A stretch of 64,000 nt of DNA from Vulcanimicrobiota bacterium. GTDB taxonomy: Bacteria > Vulcanimicrobiota > Xenobia > Xenobiales > JADMJV01. This document shows, piece by piece, positions 28,070-37,699 of the stretch; the first letter of the stretch is position 1, and each line of letters starts with the position of its first letter. The notes under the pieces are model-generated. The model did no database searches. It saw only the letters and a list, made by a program, of their open reading frames with translations, and was not told the DNA's origin. The stretch covers positions 416,001 to 480,000 of the forward strand of contig JBFWNU010000001.1 of NCBI GenBank assembly GCA_050250895.1. The letters run 5' to 3'. The translations under genes were made by a program, and so were the position numbers.

Positions 28070-28386
28070 AACAACTCGACGGTAGAGTCGGCCCTGGCGG
28101 GACCCTCGAAAACCGAGGTCGTGATCTTCTCTGGATCGACCGGGACGTAGTAGGCGACCGGCTGATCATACTTCTGATCGCCGTAGTCGAACTTCTTCTC
28201 GAAGGCCCCGTGATAGAGGGTCTCTCCGGGGTTGGGGCTGTCGGTCTTCACGTAGCGGCTGTAGCTTTCTTGTCCCATCGGACCCATGTCCGGGCCCAGG
28301 AAGGTCCGCTTGACCATGTATTGCTTGGCCTCGGCCGTCGCCCGCCGACTGTGGATGCCGTGAGCGCTGTAAGTCGAACGAATCAT
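28066..28386 (-). CDS. Small hypothetical protein (106 aa)
   Basis: ATG 28386 preceded by strong AGGAGG; Tyr-rich sequence with typical codon bias. Confidence 0.7.
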   Translation of the reverse strand: MIRSTYSAHGIHSRRATAEAKQYMVKRTFLGPDMGPMGQESYSRYVKTDSPNPGETLYHGAFEKKFDYGDQKYDQPVAYYVPVDPEKITTSVFEGPARADSTVELF

Positions 28387-28454
28387 GGGTTCCTCCTGCG
28401 TTTTCTTCAGCCTAGAGGGGCGCCCTGAAGATAGTCTTAACCGCCTTAGCCGCC

Positions 28455-31091
28455 TCAAGGCAGGGGCCAGATACACCAGCCGTCGCGGGGTAGGAGCATC
28501 AGTTCGAAGCCGGGTTGGTCAGAGACCACCGTGGCCACCTCTACTTGCTGCTCCACCCCCGGTTCGAGCGACAGCGACAACTCTTGAAAGTCACGCACCT
28601 TGTAGAGCGGTTGTTCGACCTGCCGGGCAAGAGTGGCCAGCAGCGGTCGCGAGGTCGTGAGCTCGGCGGGCGAGGCCAGGCTCAGGCGAAAGCGCGCCAC
28701 CCGGCCTGGCACCAGCGGGTCCAGGGGTTCGGCCGAGCGCAATTCGAGCGCCTCCACCAATTGCCGGTTGCCCACCTCCAGAGCGAACTCCGAGGCCAGC
28801 GGCTGGCTGCCCAGCCAGGCCCGCACTCGATAAGTTCCCTGTTGATGAGGAGCCACAAAGTGCAAAGCGAGCTGCTGGTGGCCGTTGGCTGCCAACTTTA
28901 ACGAGACGGGCTGATAGAATCGCTCCCAGGGCTCGACGGGTTTGCCGTCGGGAGCGAGCAGTTCGTAGTGAAAAGTGGTCTGCAGCTGCAGCTGGCGCGA
29001 GGTCGGATTGGACAGCTCGAGTTCGAGGCTGTGATACTGCTCGACTTCGAGCCGGCTCGGCAGGTGCCAGGCGTCGAGGGCGAGGGTGGCCGGCGGCCCC
29101 GCCTCGAGGGGCGGGCTCGAGACCCGATAGAGGATGCGATCGCCGACCTGGAAGGCCGGTTCGAGGGGCAGAGGCTCGCCGCCGCGCAGATAGATCCAGT
29201 CGGGCCTGAGATTGCCCAGCAAGGCCACATCGCGCGAGGCCCAGAAGGCGCGAGCGGCGGCCTGTTGGCGAAACGGCCAGGTGCCTAAGCGCTCGAAGGG
29301 CAGGGGAAAGGTGTGGCCCACCGGGTGGACCCCGCATAGTCCCGCGAAAGCGGCCTCGAAATAGACGTTGAAATAGTTCTCGTCGCGGGGGTTGGTGAGT
29401 AGCCGGTCGCCTTCGCCCACGCGCTCATCCAACCAGCGAGCCACCTGGAAGTCGGCCGGGTAAAGGTTGAGGTCGGGTTGGCGCTCGACCCACTGGGCCG
29501 CCGAGTGAAAATAGAGGCCGCTGGCCAGGCGGTCGAGCTGACCCGTTCGCTTGTGCATTTGCTGCAGAGCGGGATAGGTATTGGCCACCGCCACCAGGGC
29601 CACCAGGGCGGCGGCCAGGCCCTTCTGAGGCAGGTGGAGGCGACCGTCCGAGAGGGTGGCTACCGGGCCCGGCAGGTCAAGCCACCAGTGAGCCAGGGCC
29701 ACTCCCAGCGCCCCCGAGAACCCCCACGAGGCCACGAACTCCCAGCGAAAGACCTCGGCCTCCCAGAGGCCGAAATCGACCACCGAGGGCAGAAAATAGC
29801 CGGCAAAACCCACCCACCACAGCAACAGACCGGCCCAGTTGCGGCGGCGGCCCAGCAACCACAAGCTGACCGGGGCAAGATATAAGCCGAGCCAGTGGAT
29901 GCGTATCGCATACCAGGAAAAGACCGAGACATAGCCGGGCTGACCGGAATGCTTGGGCAGCTCTCGCAACCACGGCAAGGTCGAATAGGCCATCGACATC
30001 TCTTCACCGCTGCGCTCGAGCTTGATCTCGAAGAGGCGCGCCTTGGGAAACTTGACGGACACCTCGAGGTTCTGGCTCTGCAAGGTGGTGTCGGCCGAGG
30101 TGGTGGTCAGAGAGCCGCCCCCCCGCAACTTGGAAAGAAGGTTCTTGAAGACTCCTCCCTGGACCAGCCCCAGAGGCAGAGTGATGGCCACGATGGTCAG
30201 GGCGGTCAGCAACTGGCGCCGAGTGAGGCTCTTGAGACAGAGGGTGGACAGGGCCAGGCCGCACAGTCCCAGGCAGGTCAAGGCGAAGTTGGTTTCATAG
30301 GCCCAGGCCGATCCACCCAGAGCCACCCCGGCCATGACCGTGACGCCCCAGCCAGGCTGGCCAAACAGGGCCTCGACGGTGAGAAAAAAACACAGGGCAA
30401 AGACCATCTGGGCCAGGGCGTTATTGTTGGCCACCGTGTCGATCCAACCGCCGCGAAAACCGGCGTTGGCTCCTATAAAAACGAAAGTCGTGCCCAGTCC
30501 GGCCTGGAGTTGTGAGCCGGTTTGTCGGTAGAGGCCCGAAAAAAGCACCAGGAACGCTCCCAGCTGCATCGCCACCGTGACCGGGACCTGCACCCCATAG
30601 AGCGTCAGGCCAGTCAGGCGGGCGGCCATCACGGTCACCAGGTCGCGGGCGTAGTGGCCACCGTAGGGGATGTCGGTGAAGAACGGATTGACGATGGGGA
30701 AGGTGCCTTTGAGAAGGTGGGCCTGGAGCGGCGCGTGGAGGAAGAAATCGTCATCGGGATTGAGATACAAGATGGTATTGGTGGTGAAGTGGACGGCCGC
30801 CACCCCCACCACCAGAAAGAGCCAGGTGAGCCAGGTGTAGGGAGGTCTCTGCCAGGCCGGACCCGGGCGCCAAGCCAGGGCGACCGAGCCGGCCAGACAC
30901 AGACCCAGCACGCTCCAGAGGGAGCCTGAGAGGCTCAATCCGAAAAGCAAACCCAGGTTGACCCCCATGGCGGCGTAGAGCCAGCCGGCCGCCCACCCCA
31001 CCGCCAGCACGGCCAGTGGGTCGGTGAGCTTGAGGACACGATGCGCCAGCAGTGCGCCCAGCACCCAGGGCAGGGCCAGCAACAAGAACAC
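28455..31091 (-). CDS. GT-C-fold glycosyltransferase-like membrane protein (paralogue 3)
   Basis: PDDDFFLH..GTFPIVNPFF..GHYARD; YETN; DFG..EVFRWEF; GHTFP; C-terminal Ig-like domains. Confidence 0.75.
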   Translation of the reverse strand: MFLLLALPWVLGALLAHRVLKLTDPLAVLAVGWAAGWLYAAMGVNLGLLFGLSLSGSLWSVLGLCLAGSVALAWRPGPAWQRPPYTWLTWLFLVVGVAAVHFTTNTILYLNPDDDFFLHAPLQAHLLKGTFPIVNPFFTDIPYGGHYARDLVTVMAARLTGLTLYGVQVPVTVAMQLGAFLVLFSGLYRQTGSQLQAGLGTTFVFIGANAGFRGGWIDTVANNNALAQMVFALCFFLTVEALFGQPGWGVTVMAGVALGGSAWAYETNFALTCLGLCGLALSTLCLKSLTRRQLLTALTIVAITLPLGLVQGGVFKNLLSKLRGGGSLTTTSADTTLQSQNLEVSVKFPKARLFEIKLERSGEEMSMAYSTLPWLRELPKHSGQPGYVSVFSWYAIRIHWLGLYLAPVSLWLLGRRRNWAGLLLWWVGFAGYFLPSVVDFGLWEAEVFRWEFVASWGFSGALGVALAHWWLDLPGPVATLSDGRLHLPQKGLAAALVALVAVANTYPALQQMHKRTGQLDRLASGLYFHSAAQWVERQPDLNLYPADFQVARWLDERVGEGDRLLTNPRDENYFNVYFEAAFAGLCGVHPVGHTFPLPFERLGTWPFRQQAAARAFWASRDVALLGNLRPDWIYLRGGEPLPLEPAFQVGDRILYRVSSPPLEAGPPATLALDAWHLPSRLEVEQYHSLELELSNPTSRQLQLQTTFHYELLAPDGKPVEPWERFYQPVSLKLAANGHQQLALHFVAPHQQGTYRVRAWLGSQPLASEFALEVGNRQLVEALELRSAEPLDPLVPGRVARFRLSLASPAELTTSRPLLATLARQVEQPLYKVRDFQELSLSLEPGVEQQVEVATVVSDQPGFELMLLPRDGWCIWPLP

Positions 31092-33238
31092 TAGTGCCTC
31101 ACCACTCCGTCGGGCACATCGACCTGCGGTTGGCGCCGCCAGGTGCGGATCACCAGGGGCTCAGAAAAATTCACCGGGTGACCGGCCTCGCTCTCGTCGA
31201 CCAGTTGCAGGTGGACCGTAAAGGTGCCCACCGGGACCGGCGTGCGCAGGTAGACGATCACGGTTCGACTGGCGCCGGGCTCGAGGGTGAAGGGCTCGAG
31301 CGGCGTGATGGGGGCGACCTCGTTGCCGATGTCGTGCAGTTCGCTGGTCAGTTGCAAACGCGCTCCCCGCAAGCCCGAGAGGTCGAGCAACTGCTGCGAG
31401 CCGTTGGTCAGATGCAACGGACAGGGAAGCAGGCTGCGCGAGGGTAACTCGAGTTCGGTCTCGAGCCGGGCCTTCAGGGGCAGGCTCGGCGGCGAGGTGA
31501 GCGGTTGGACCTGCCCGTTGGACCACTCCACCTGATAGTGGCCGGCCAGGGCGGGCACGACCAGCGGCACGGAGCCGCCCCCGGTCAACACGGCCGGGCC
31601 GAAAGGGTGGCCGTCCAGGCTGAGCTGATAGCTGGCCGGCCCATCGGTTCCAAACCAGAGCAACCGCCCCCAGTCTTCGAGTCGCTCGAGCTCGAGCGCC
31701 GACAGTTCCGAGTGAAAGTCGGGCCAGGGCTCGATGGCCTCGGGCTGATGGTCGCGCCTGAGCAGCCAGGCGGCGCCGGTGCCGCGCAAGAGTTCGGACT
31801 GGCCGGTGACGGCATAAGCGGCCACCGCCGGCAATAAGCAGGCCCCTTCCTTCGAGACATACCAGCCCTCGAGGGGCGCCCCCCCGGCCAGCGCCGAGAC
31901 TACTCCCGCCACCGTGGGCGACTCCGGGGCCTGACCGCTCGAGAAGACCGCCGAGCCCTTCAGCCAGGCCAGTTGTCGAGCCACCTCGAGGTCGGCCGGG
32001 GCAAGCCCCACCGCGCCCCCGCGCCAGTGGGCCCAGCCCAACAGCGAACGAGGCACCAGGAGCTTCTCGAGGGCCACCTTCTGTTGCTGGGATGCGATAA
32101 GAATCTCGTCGTTGAAGACCTCTTCTCCCGGGGCCAGTCCTCGCCAGACGACCAGGGCCGCCACCAGCCACACCAGCCATCGCAAGGGAATCGACAGGCT
32201 CCATTGGGGCTGGCGAGACCATCCCGGCCGCCCGCCGGGATGGCGCCGCCAAACGGCCGTCAAGGCCCGTCCCAGGGCGATGCCCAGGGCCGTCATCCCG
32301 AACAGGCCAGGCACGAAGAATTCCAGGGCCGCCAACCGGCGAACCTCGTGATTAGGGTGACGCAGCCACAACACCAGAGCCGCTAGCAGACCGAGGCTCG
32401 GACCGGCCAGATAGAGGCCGACCATCAGACCGGCGGCGGCCAACTCCCACTTGCGTTTGAGCGGGACCAGAGCGGCCACGGTCAGGGCGGCGGCCAATTG
32501 AAGATCGAGACAGGCCAGGCCCAGGGTCAGGGGCAGAGCCGGCCAGGGACGTCGAAACTTGCTCAGCCACCAGGCCATCACCGCCAGCAAGTGGCCCACT
32601 CCAGCCTGAGGCAAACGCGTGACCAGCCAGGCATCGGCCGCCCCCATGAAGAGAAACAGACAACCCAGCACCGCCGCCAGCGGGGCCCGCCGATGCAGGC
32701 GGGTCGACAGCCAGAGCCAGGCCAGCACGGCCGCCACCTGAGCCGCCCCACCCAGGGCCAACGAACTGCTGAGACACTCGTTGCCGAGGGCCAGCACCGT
32801 CGCCAGCGGAGTGACCAGTTCACCCGCTTCAGGCCCCAGGGGATGGACTCCGCTGAACCCGAAACCGAGTTGGGCGATGCGGGGCAACTCGACATACAGA
32901 AACGGCTGGGGAGGAGCCAGTTGAAATCCGCCCACCAGAAAGAGCCAACCCACCAGGCCCAACAACACCGCTAACAGCCAATGGGGCCAGCCCGGCTGGC
33001 CGAGCGGGGGTGCAGAGTGCCGGCCCAGCCAAAATCCGTGCCCGACGGCCAGCCAGGGAACCAGTCCGGCCAGCAGGATGGGGGGCAAGAACAAGCCCAA
33101 CAGCAGGGCCCAGGTGAAGAAGAAAGATAAACCGAGCGGCAGCGCCAGCACGACACGCTGGCGACCCTGAGCTCCCAGGCCTGGTCCGCCCAACCAACCG
33201 CCCACCAGACTGCCGAGCAACGCGGGCCAGAGCAACAT
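31091..33238 (-). CDS. Polytopic membrane protein, degenerate GT-C-like paralogue
   Basis: Likely start ATG 33238. Stop overlaps the start of paralogue 3 at 31091. Similar to 17574..19400 (FN..L.A.Q..K, DL..A.QLA, LPSRSL). Confidence 0.7.
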   Translation of the reverse strand: MLLWPALLGSLVGGWLGGPGLGAQGRQRVVLALPLGLSFFFTWALLLGLFLPPILLAGLVPWLAVGHGFWLGRHSAPPLGQPGWPHWLLAVLLGLVGWLFLVGGFQLAPPQPFLYVELPRIAQLGFGFSGVHPLGPEAGELVTPLATVLALGNECLSSSLALGGAAQVAAVLAWLWLSTRLHRRAPLAAVLGCLFLFMGAADAWLVTRLPQAGVGHLLAVMAWWLSKFRRPWPALPLTLGLACLDLQLAAALTVAALVPLKRKWELAAAGLMVGLYLAGPSLGLLAALVLWLRHPNHEVRRLAALEFFVPGLFGMTALGIALGRALTAVWRRHPGGRPGWSRQPQWSLSIPLRWLVWLVAALVVWRGLAPGEEVFNDEILIASQQQKVALEKLLVPRSLLGWAHWRGGAVGLAPADLEVARQLAWLKGSAVFSSGQAPESPTVAGVVSALAGGAPLEGWYVSKEGACLLPAVAAYAVTGQSELLRGTGAAWLLRRDHQPEAIEPWPDFHSELSALELERLEDWGRLLWFGTDGPASYQLSLDGHPFGPAVLTGGGSVPLVVPALAGHYQVEWSNGQVQPLTSPPSLPLKARLETELELPSRSLLPCPLHLTNGSQQLLDLSGLRGARLQLTSELHDIGNEVAPITPLEPFTLEPGASRTVIVYLRTPVPVGTFTVHLQLVDESEAGHPVNFSEPLVIRTWRRQPQVDVPDGVVRH

Positions 33239-33332
33239 GGGCCCGGCTTCGGTCCGCTTCGTGACCCCTCCTGTGCTGTAATGAGCCATTTGTGCCAAGG
33301 GAGCGCGCCGACCAAGAGAGAATCATACGTCC

Positions 33333-34298
33333 ATGGACCTGGCGGCCGCGCTGCGCGATTTGCCGCCCGGCGTCATCGTGATGGCCGTCGGGCTGATTGC
33401 GTTTTTCCTGTTGAGCGCCACCACCCGCCGCAAGGCCAAGCTGCGCCGAGCCATCGATCCCATCCACGAAGTCATGGTCAGCCTCAACTGCACCCGGGCC
33501 CAGGCCACCGAACTGGTCGAGCATTACGGCGGCAATACCACCCTGGCGGTGATGGAGGTCAAGCGCGGCAAACACTCCCTGACCAGCTCTCATCAGCAGG
33601 CCGATGGCTGGGTGGTGATGCTGGTCAATCCCGAGCAGAAGAACCCCGTCGATCTGGCCAAGCGACTGGCCCACCTTTCCGGCATGTCGGTTTCTGAGGC
33701 GGTGCTCGTGATTCGCCCCGATAACGGAGCCATCGTCTGCGCCGGGATGGTCGAAGAGTTGGCCCGTCCCTTCGCCGATTCGCTCGAACAAGCCGGCCTG
33801 CAAGCCATAGCCCTGCCCGGCGACCAGGTGGTCATTCCTGGCTTCGGTGGAGACCTGCGCGAACTGCGCCCCACTGGCGAAGGGCTACACCTGCAACTGA
33901 CCGACAACCAGCAACTGCTGATAGCCTATAAAGACTTGCTGCTAATGACCCTGGGAATCCGACCCAACGAAGGCCTCAAAGCTCGCGACCCCTACCTCGA
34001 AGGAGGCCGTGGCCGGCCCTTTGGCAATCTCTACGTCGAGACCGCCGAAGGTCCCAAGCGATTCGCCTTCGAGGGTCGCCAACTGGTCTACAAGGTGCTC
34101 GGCGAAGAGATGGCCAGCAGCGCCGTGGTCAATCTGAAACGGTTGCTGCAACTCGTGCTGACCGCCGTGCCCGAACTGCCCCGCAATGCTTCCCTCGATG
34201 CCTTTCTCGAGCGAGACCGCATCAAGGTCTACAACTCGTATCAAGAACTCGAGGCCGAGAGTTTGGGGGTTCTGACCCGATGTCGGCAGAACGCCTAG
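33333..34298 (+). CDS. Membrane-anchored hypothetical protein with ribosomal L7/L12 C-terminal-like segment
   Basis: N-terminal TM; VVMLVNPEQKNPVDLAKRLAHLSGMSVSEA...EELARPFADSLEQAGL. Confidence 0.6.
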   Translation: MDLAAALRDLPPGVIVMAVGLIAFFLLSATTRRKAKLRRAIDPIHEVMVSLNCTRAQATELVEHYGGNTTLAVMEVKRGKHSLTSSHQQADGWVVMLVNPEQKNPVDLAKRLAHLSGMSVSEAVLVIRPDNGAIVCAGMVEELARPFADSLEQAGLQAIALPGDQVVIPGFGGDLRELRPTGEGLHLQLTDNQQLLIAYKDLLLMTLGIRPNEGLKARDPYLEGGRGRPFGNLYVETAEGPKRFAFEGRQLVYKVLGEEMASSAVVNLKRLLQLVLTAVPELPRNASLDAFLERDRIKVYNSYQELEAESLGVLTRCRQNA

Positions 34299-36370
34299 CC
34301 GAGCTTCCCGAAGAATTCCGCCGTCAGGTGGTCGACAGCGCCGAGCGCGATCTGGCCGAACAGGCCGCGATTGGCGCCCCTTTCCACATCATGCTCTGGG
34401 GCATCATCGCTCTGTTCACCGACTACGCCAAGCTGCAACCCGGCGCTCTCTACCTCGGAGGAGCCCTGGTCACGGTGGTAGCTGTGGTCCGCTTCACCCA
34501 GTTACGCTTGCAGTTGAGCGGGCGGACTCCGGCCGCACCCGGCCGGGTCCGGGCCGGCATCCTGGGCGCCGCCACCGCCTGGTCGGTGTGGCTCATTCTA
34601 ACCCTGTGGGTGTTCGGAACCGAACACTCCAACAGTCTGATGGTGCTGATGATGACAGCCGGGTTGACAGCCGGCGGGGTCAACTCTTCCTCGCCCTGCC
34701 GCCGCACCGCTCTCGGCTTTATCGCCATTCTGCTGACGCCGCCGCTGCTCTATTCGCTGGTCGTCTACGATCTGGCGGTGGCGGCTACGGTGGCCGTCTT
34801 CTTCACTTTCATGAGCGTCATGGCCGTTCGCTACAACCGCATGTTGTGGGCCGGCAAATTGGACCAGGCCCTGGTAGAACTCAAGAGCCGCCAGGCCCAC
34901 GACGCCAACCTGGCCAAGAACGAGTTCCTGGCCAACGTCAGTCACGAGATCCGCACCCCCCTCAACGGCATTCTAGGAATGGCCAGCCTGCTGCGCGATG
35001 CCGAATTGGACCACGTGCTCACCGATCAGGTCGAGACCCTGCTCTATTCGGCCGAGTGCCTGGACCGCATCGTCGGCGACCTGCTCGACCTGGTGCGGGT
35101 CGAATCCGGCCGGTTAGCCCTGGTCGAAGAGAGCTTCCAGCTTCCCACGGTGATTGACGACGCGGCCAGCCTGGTGGCTCCCCGGGCTAGGGCCAAAGGG
35201 CTCGAATTCGCCATCATCATCGAACCCACCGTGCCCCTCCATGTGCTCGGAGACCCCGGCCGCTTGCGCCAGGTGTTGCTCAATTTGCTGTCTAACGCCA
35301 TCAAGTTCACCGAGGTGGGCGAAATCACCGTCATCGCCGCCTGGGAAAACGGCCGCCTGCAGGTCCAGGTGAAGGATACCGGCATCGGGATCGACGAGCA
35401 GCACTTCGCCGGCTTGTTCGACTCGTTCTCGCAGGTCGACAACAGCACCACCCGCCGCCACGGCGGAACAGGACTGGGCCTGGCCATCTCCAAGCGCCTG
35501 GTCGAGGCGATGGGAGGCGAAATCGGGATCGAAAGTCGCCCTGGCCAGGGCTCGACCTTCACCTTCACCATCGCTGTCCGTCCCGAGCCAGGGCCCCCGC
35601 CGGCCACCGCCCGCCCCACCTGGGCCCTGGTGGCCCATCCCCATCCGGCCCACCGGGCCGGCCTGTGCAACGCCTTGCGACGGCTGGGATGGTTGACCCA
35701 GTCGACCGACTCGCCGCGGGAAGCCGCCGACCTGATGCGCGAGCAGGTCTTCGACGCCGTCTTCTGGTGTCCGCGACTGGGCGCCCCACCCTTCCAACCC
35801 TGCCGCTGGTTCGGTTTTGGGGGCCCGCTGCCCGGCATCACCGAAGAATCCCTCCAGGAACCGGTGACCACCGCCCGCCTGCGCGCCGCCCTGGAAGTGG
35901 CTCACGAAGAGCAGGCCAAGAAAGCCGCCGGTCCAGGACTGTCCATTCTGGTGGCCGAGGACAATCCGGTCAATCAAAAAGTGGTGGTCAAGATTCTCGA
36001 GAGGGCTGGCCACAACGTCGATCTGGTCGAAGACGGCGAGGCCGCCGTGACGGCAGTGCGCAGCAGCGACTACAACCTGGTGCTGATGGATTGCCACATG
36101 CCGGGAATGGACGGGTTCGAAGCGGCTCGCAAAATCCGTGAGATCCACGATTCCAACACCCTGCCCATTGTCGCTTTGACGGCTGCCTGCACCGATCGCG
36201 ACCGCCAACTGTGCTTCGAGGCGGGCATGAATGCTCACCTGGGCAAGCCGGTCCGCAAACAGCAGCTACTCGACGCCGTCGCCTCGTTGGGCGGACTTCA
36301 GCGTGACCAGCGCAATTCTACACTCGGCTTGAGCGAAGCACCGGCCTCGGCCTCAAAAGTCGGAAACTGA
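34280..36370 (+). CDS. Membrane hybrid sensor histidine kinase/response regulator
   Basis: About 6 TM; NVSHEIRTPLNG, NLLSNAIKFT, DTGIGI, GGTGLGL; degenerate REC then REC (VAEDN, LMDCHMPGMDG, KP). Confidence 0.93.
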   Translation: MSAERLAELPEEFRRQVVDSAERDLAEQAAIGAPFHIMLWGIIALFTDYAKLQPGALYLGGALVTVVAVVRFTQLRLQLSGRTPAAPGRVRAGILGAATAWSVWLILTLWVFGTEHSNSLMVLMMTAGLTAGGVNSSSPCRRTALGFIAILLTPPLLYSLVVYDLAVAATVAVFFTFMSVMAVRYNRMLWAGKLDQALVELKSRQAHDANLAKNEFLANVSHEIRTPLNGILGMASLLRDAELDHVLTDQVETLLYSAECLDRIVGDLLDLVRVESGRLALVEESFQLPTVIDDAASLVAPRARAKGLEFAIIIEPTVPLHVLGDPGRLRQVLLNLLSNAIKFTEVGEITVIAAWENGRLQVQVKDTGIGIDEQHFAGLFDSFSQVDNSTTRRHGGTGLGLAISKRLVEAMGGEIGIESRPGQGSTFTFTIAVRPEPGPPPATARPTWALVAHPHPAHRAGLCNALRRLGWLTQSTDSPREAADLMREQVFDAVFWCPRLGAPPFQPCRWFGFGGPLPGITEESLQEPVTTARLRAALEVAHEEQAKKAAGPGLSILVAEDNPVNQKVVVKILERAGHNVDLVEDGEAAVTAVRSSDYNLVLMDCHMPGMDGFEAARKIREIHDSNTLPIVALTAACTDRDRQLCFEAGMNAHLGKPVRKQQLLDAVASLGGLQRDQRNSTLGLSEAPASASKVGN

Positions 36371-37020
36371 TAGCTGACTTGCTGGCCGGGCTCGAGCCGG
36401 GCAAAGCCTCGCCCGAATTGGCCCACCACTTTGCCTGCAGCGTCCACGACCCGGACCCACACTACCACGTCCTTCTGGGTGCGGGCCGAGGTGTTGGTGA
36501 CCACCGCATAACCGTGCAGCCAGGCCTTGCCGTCGTGAGGCTGCACGGAAAAAGAGAGGTCGTCCAGGTGGAGAGGGTCACCGGGGCGCTTGCCGTCTCC
36601 GACCTCCATCAGGCGGCTCGGCGTGGGGGTCAGGGTCGGAGGCCACAGGTCTACCGAGCGAAGCTCCTGGCTGACCTCGGCACGCGAGCCGAGGGTGTTG
36701 GCCAACTCCAGCACCGGCACCCAGGTGCGCCGGCCTCGATAATCCCGGGCCAAACGTAGGCGGACGCCCTCGAAATAGAGCTTGTCGCGAGGGCCGATCT
36801 CTCCATCGGGCTGCCCGTGAGCCACGATCATCACCTGGTCGCCCTGCCGGGTCCAGCCACATCCGAACGCCTCCAGCAACTCGGCCAGGGGCGCCTCGAG
36901 GGTGCCTTCCACCACCTCGACCGGAGCCTCGAAGGGCCGTCCCGATACGAACAGCTCCCAGGCGAAGGCAGGCGAGGCCGCGAGCATCAGCAACAATACG
37001 ATCAGATAGCGCACTTTCAC
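36298..37020 (-). CDS. Exported protein: copper-amine-oxidase N-terminal (stalk)-like plus FxLYD-like domain
   Basis: GTG 37020; signal peptide ..ASPAFA/W; TWVPVLELANTLG; VTNTS..V.VWV..DAAGKVVG..LEPGQQVSYQF. Confidence 0.65.
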   Translation of the reverse strand: MKVRYLIVLLLMLAASPAFAWELFVSGRPFEAPVEVVEGTLEAPLAELLEAFGCGWTRQGDQVMIVAHGQPDGEIGPRDKLYFEGVRLRLARDYRGRRTWVPVLELANTLGSRAEVSQELRSVDLWPPTLTPTPSRLMEVGDGKRPGDPLHLDDLSFSVQPHDGKAWLHGYAVVTNTSARTQKDVVVWVRVVDAAGKVVGQFGRGFARLEPGQQVSYQFPTFEAEAGASLKPSVELRWSR

Positions 37021-37214
37021 TTCTCCTCTCCCTGGTAGAAGGGCCAGGGCGGTGTCAGAGTCTTGCGGACTGCCGGCGCGACCCGCTCGTGTTGATAAGG
37101 GCAGTGTCGGCAGCCGCTGCCGCAGCAGAGGCCACGGCGCAGATGGTATCTCTCCGTCAGCACCATCTTTCCATCCTCCATGTAGAAATCCCCCGGCTCT
37201 AAAGGCGTGGTCAC
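37017..37214 (-). CDS. DUF5522-like small Cys-rich protein
   Basis: DFYMEDGKMVLTERYHLRRGLCCGSGCRHCPY; GTGA overlaps at both ends. Confidence 0.8.
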   Translation of the reverse strand: MTTPLEPGDFYMEDGKMVLTERYHLRRGLCCGSGCRHCPYQHERVAPAVRKTLTPPWPFYQGEEK

Positions 37215-37624
37215 GCAAAGACCTCGCACAGCTGCTGGTAGATGGCCCCGAACTTGCGGGGGTTGACCGGCTTCATCCCTGTTCCCAACAAGGCATGGGT
37301 GGAAGAGCCGGTGGCCACCAGTGCGCCGCCTTCGAGGCTCAGCTCATAGGCCATGCGCACCCGCACGCCCTTGAGCCAATCGGGCCGGGTTCTCACCAGC
37401 AGCACGTCGCCGTAGCTGGCTCGTCCCTCGATATTTACCTCGTAGTGGGTCACCGGGGCCAACAATCCCTCCCCTTCGAGCTGGTGATAAGGCCGGATAT
37501 GTTCGATAAAAAAATCGGTGCGGCCGGCCTCGAAATAGACCGGATAAAACGAGTGGTGAACCACTCCCATCTGGTCGGTCTCGGCGTAGCGAATGACGAT
37601 GCGCGTGACGGTCTGGCGGGACAC
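37211..37624 (-). CDS. Acyl-CoA thioesterase (YbgC/4HBT hotdog family)
   Basis: IRYAETDQMGVVHHSFYPVYFEAGRT. Confidence 0.9.
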   Translation of the reverse strand: MSRQTVTRIVIRYAETDQMGVVHHSFYPVYFEAGRTDFFIEHIRPYHQLEGEGLLAPVTHYEVNIEGRASYGDVLLVRTRPDWLKGVRVRMAYELSLEGGALVATGSSTHALLGTGMKPVNPRKFGAIYQQLCEVFA

Positions 37625-37699
37625 GGGTGGGCCCTTCAAGGCCGGGCTCCGAGCCCCCTACTGGAAGGAGAAAGCCGCTCATCGACGCAGGCCTGGGCC

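Noticed and set aside
37052-37699. N-terminal extension of the helicase ORF (978 aa)
   Set aside because: Antisense to the thioesterase and DUF5522 genes; helicase motifs begin after ATG 37700.
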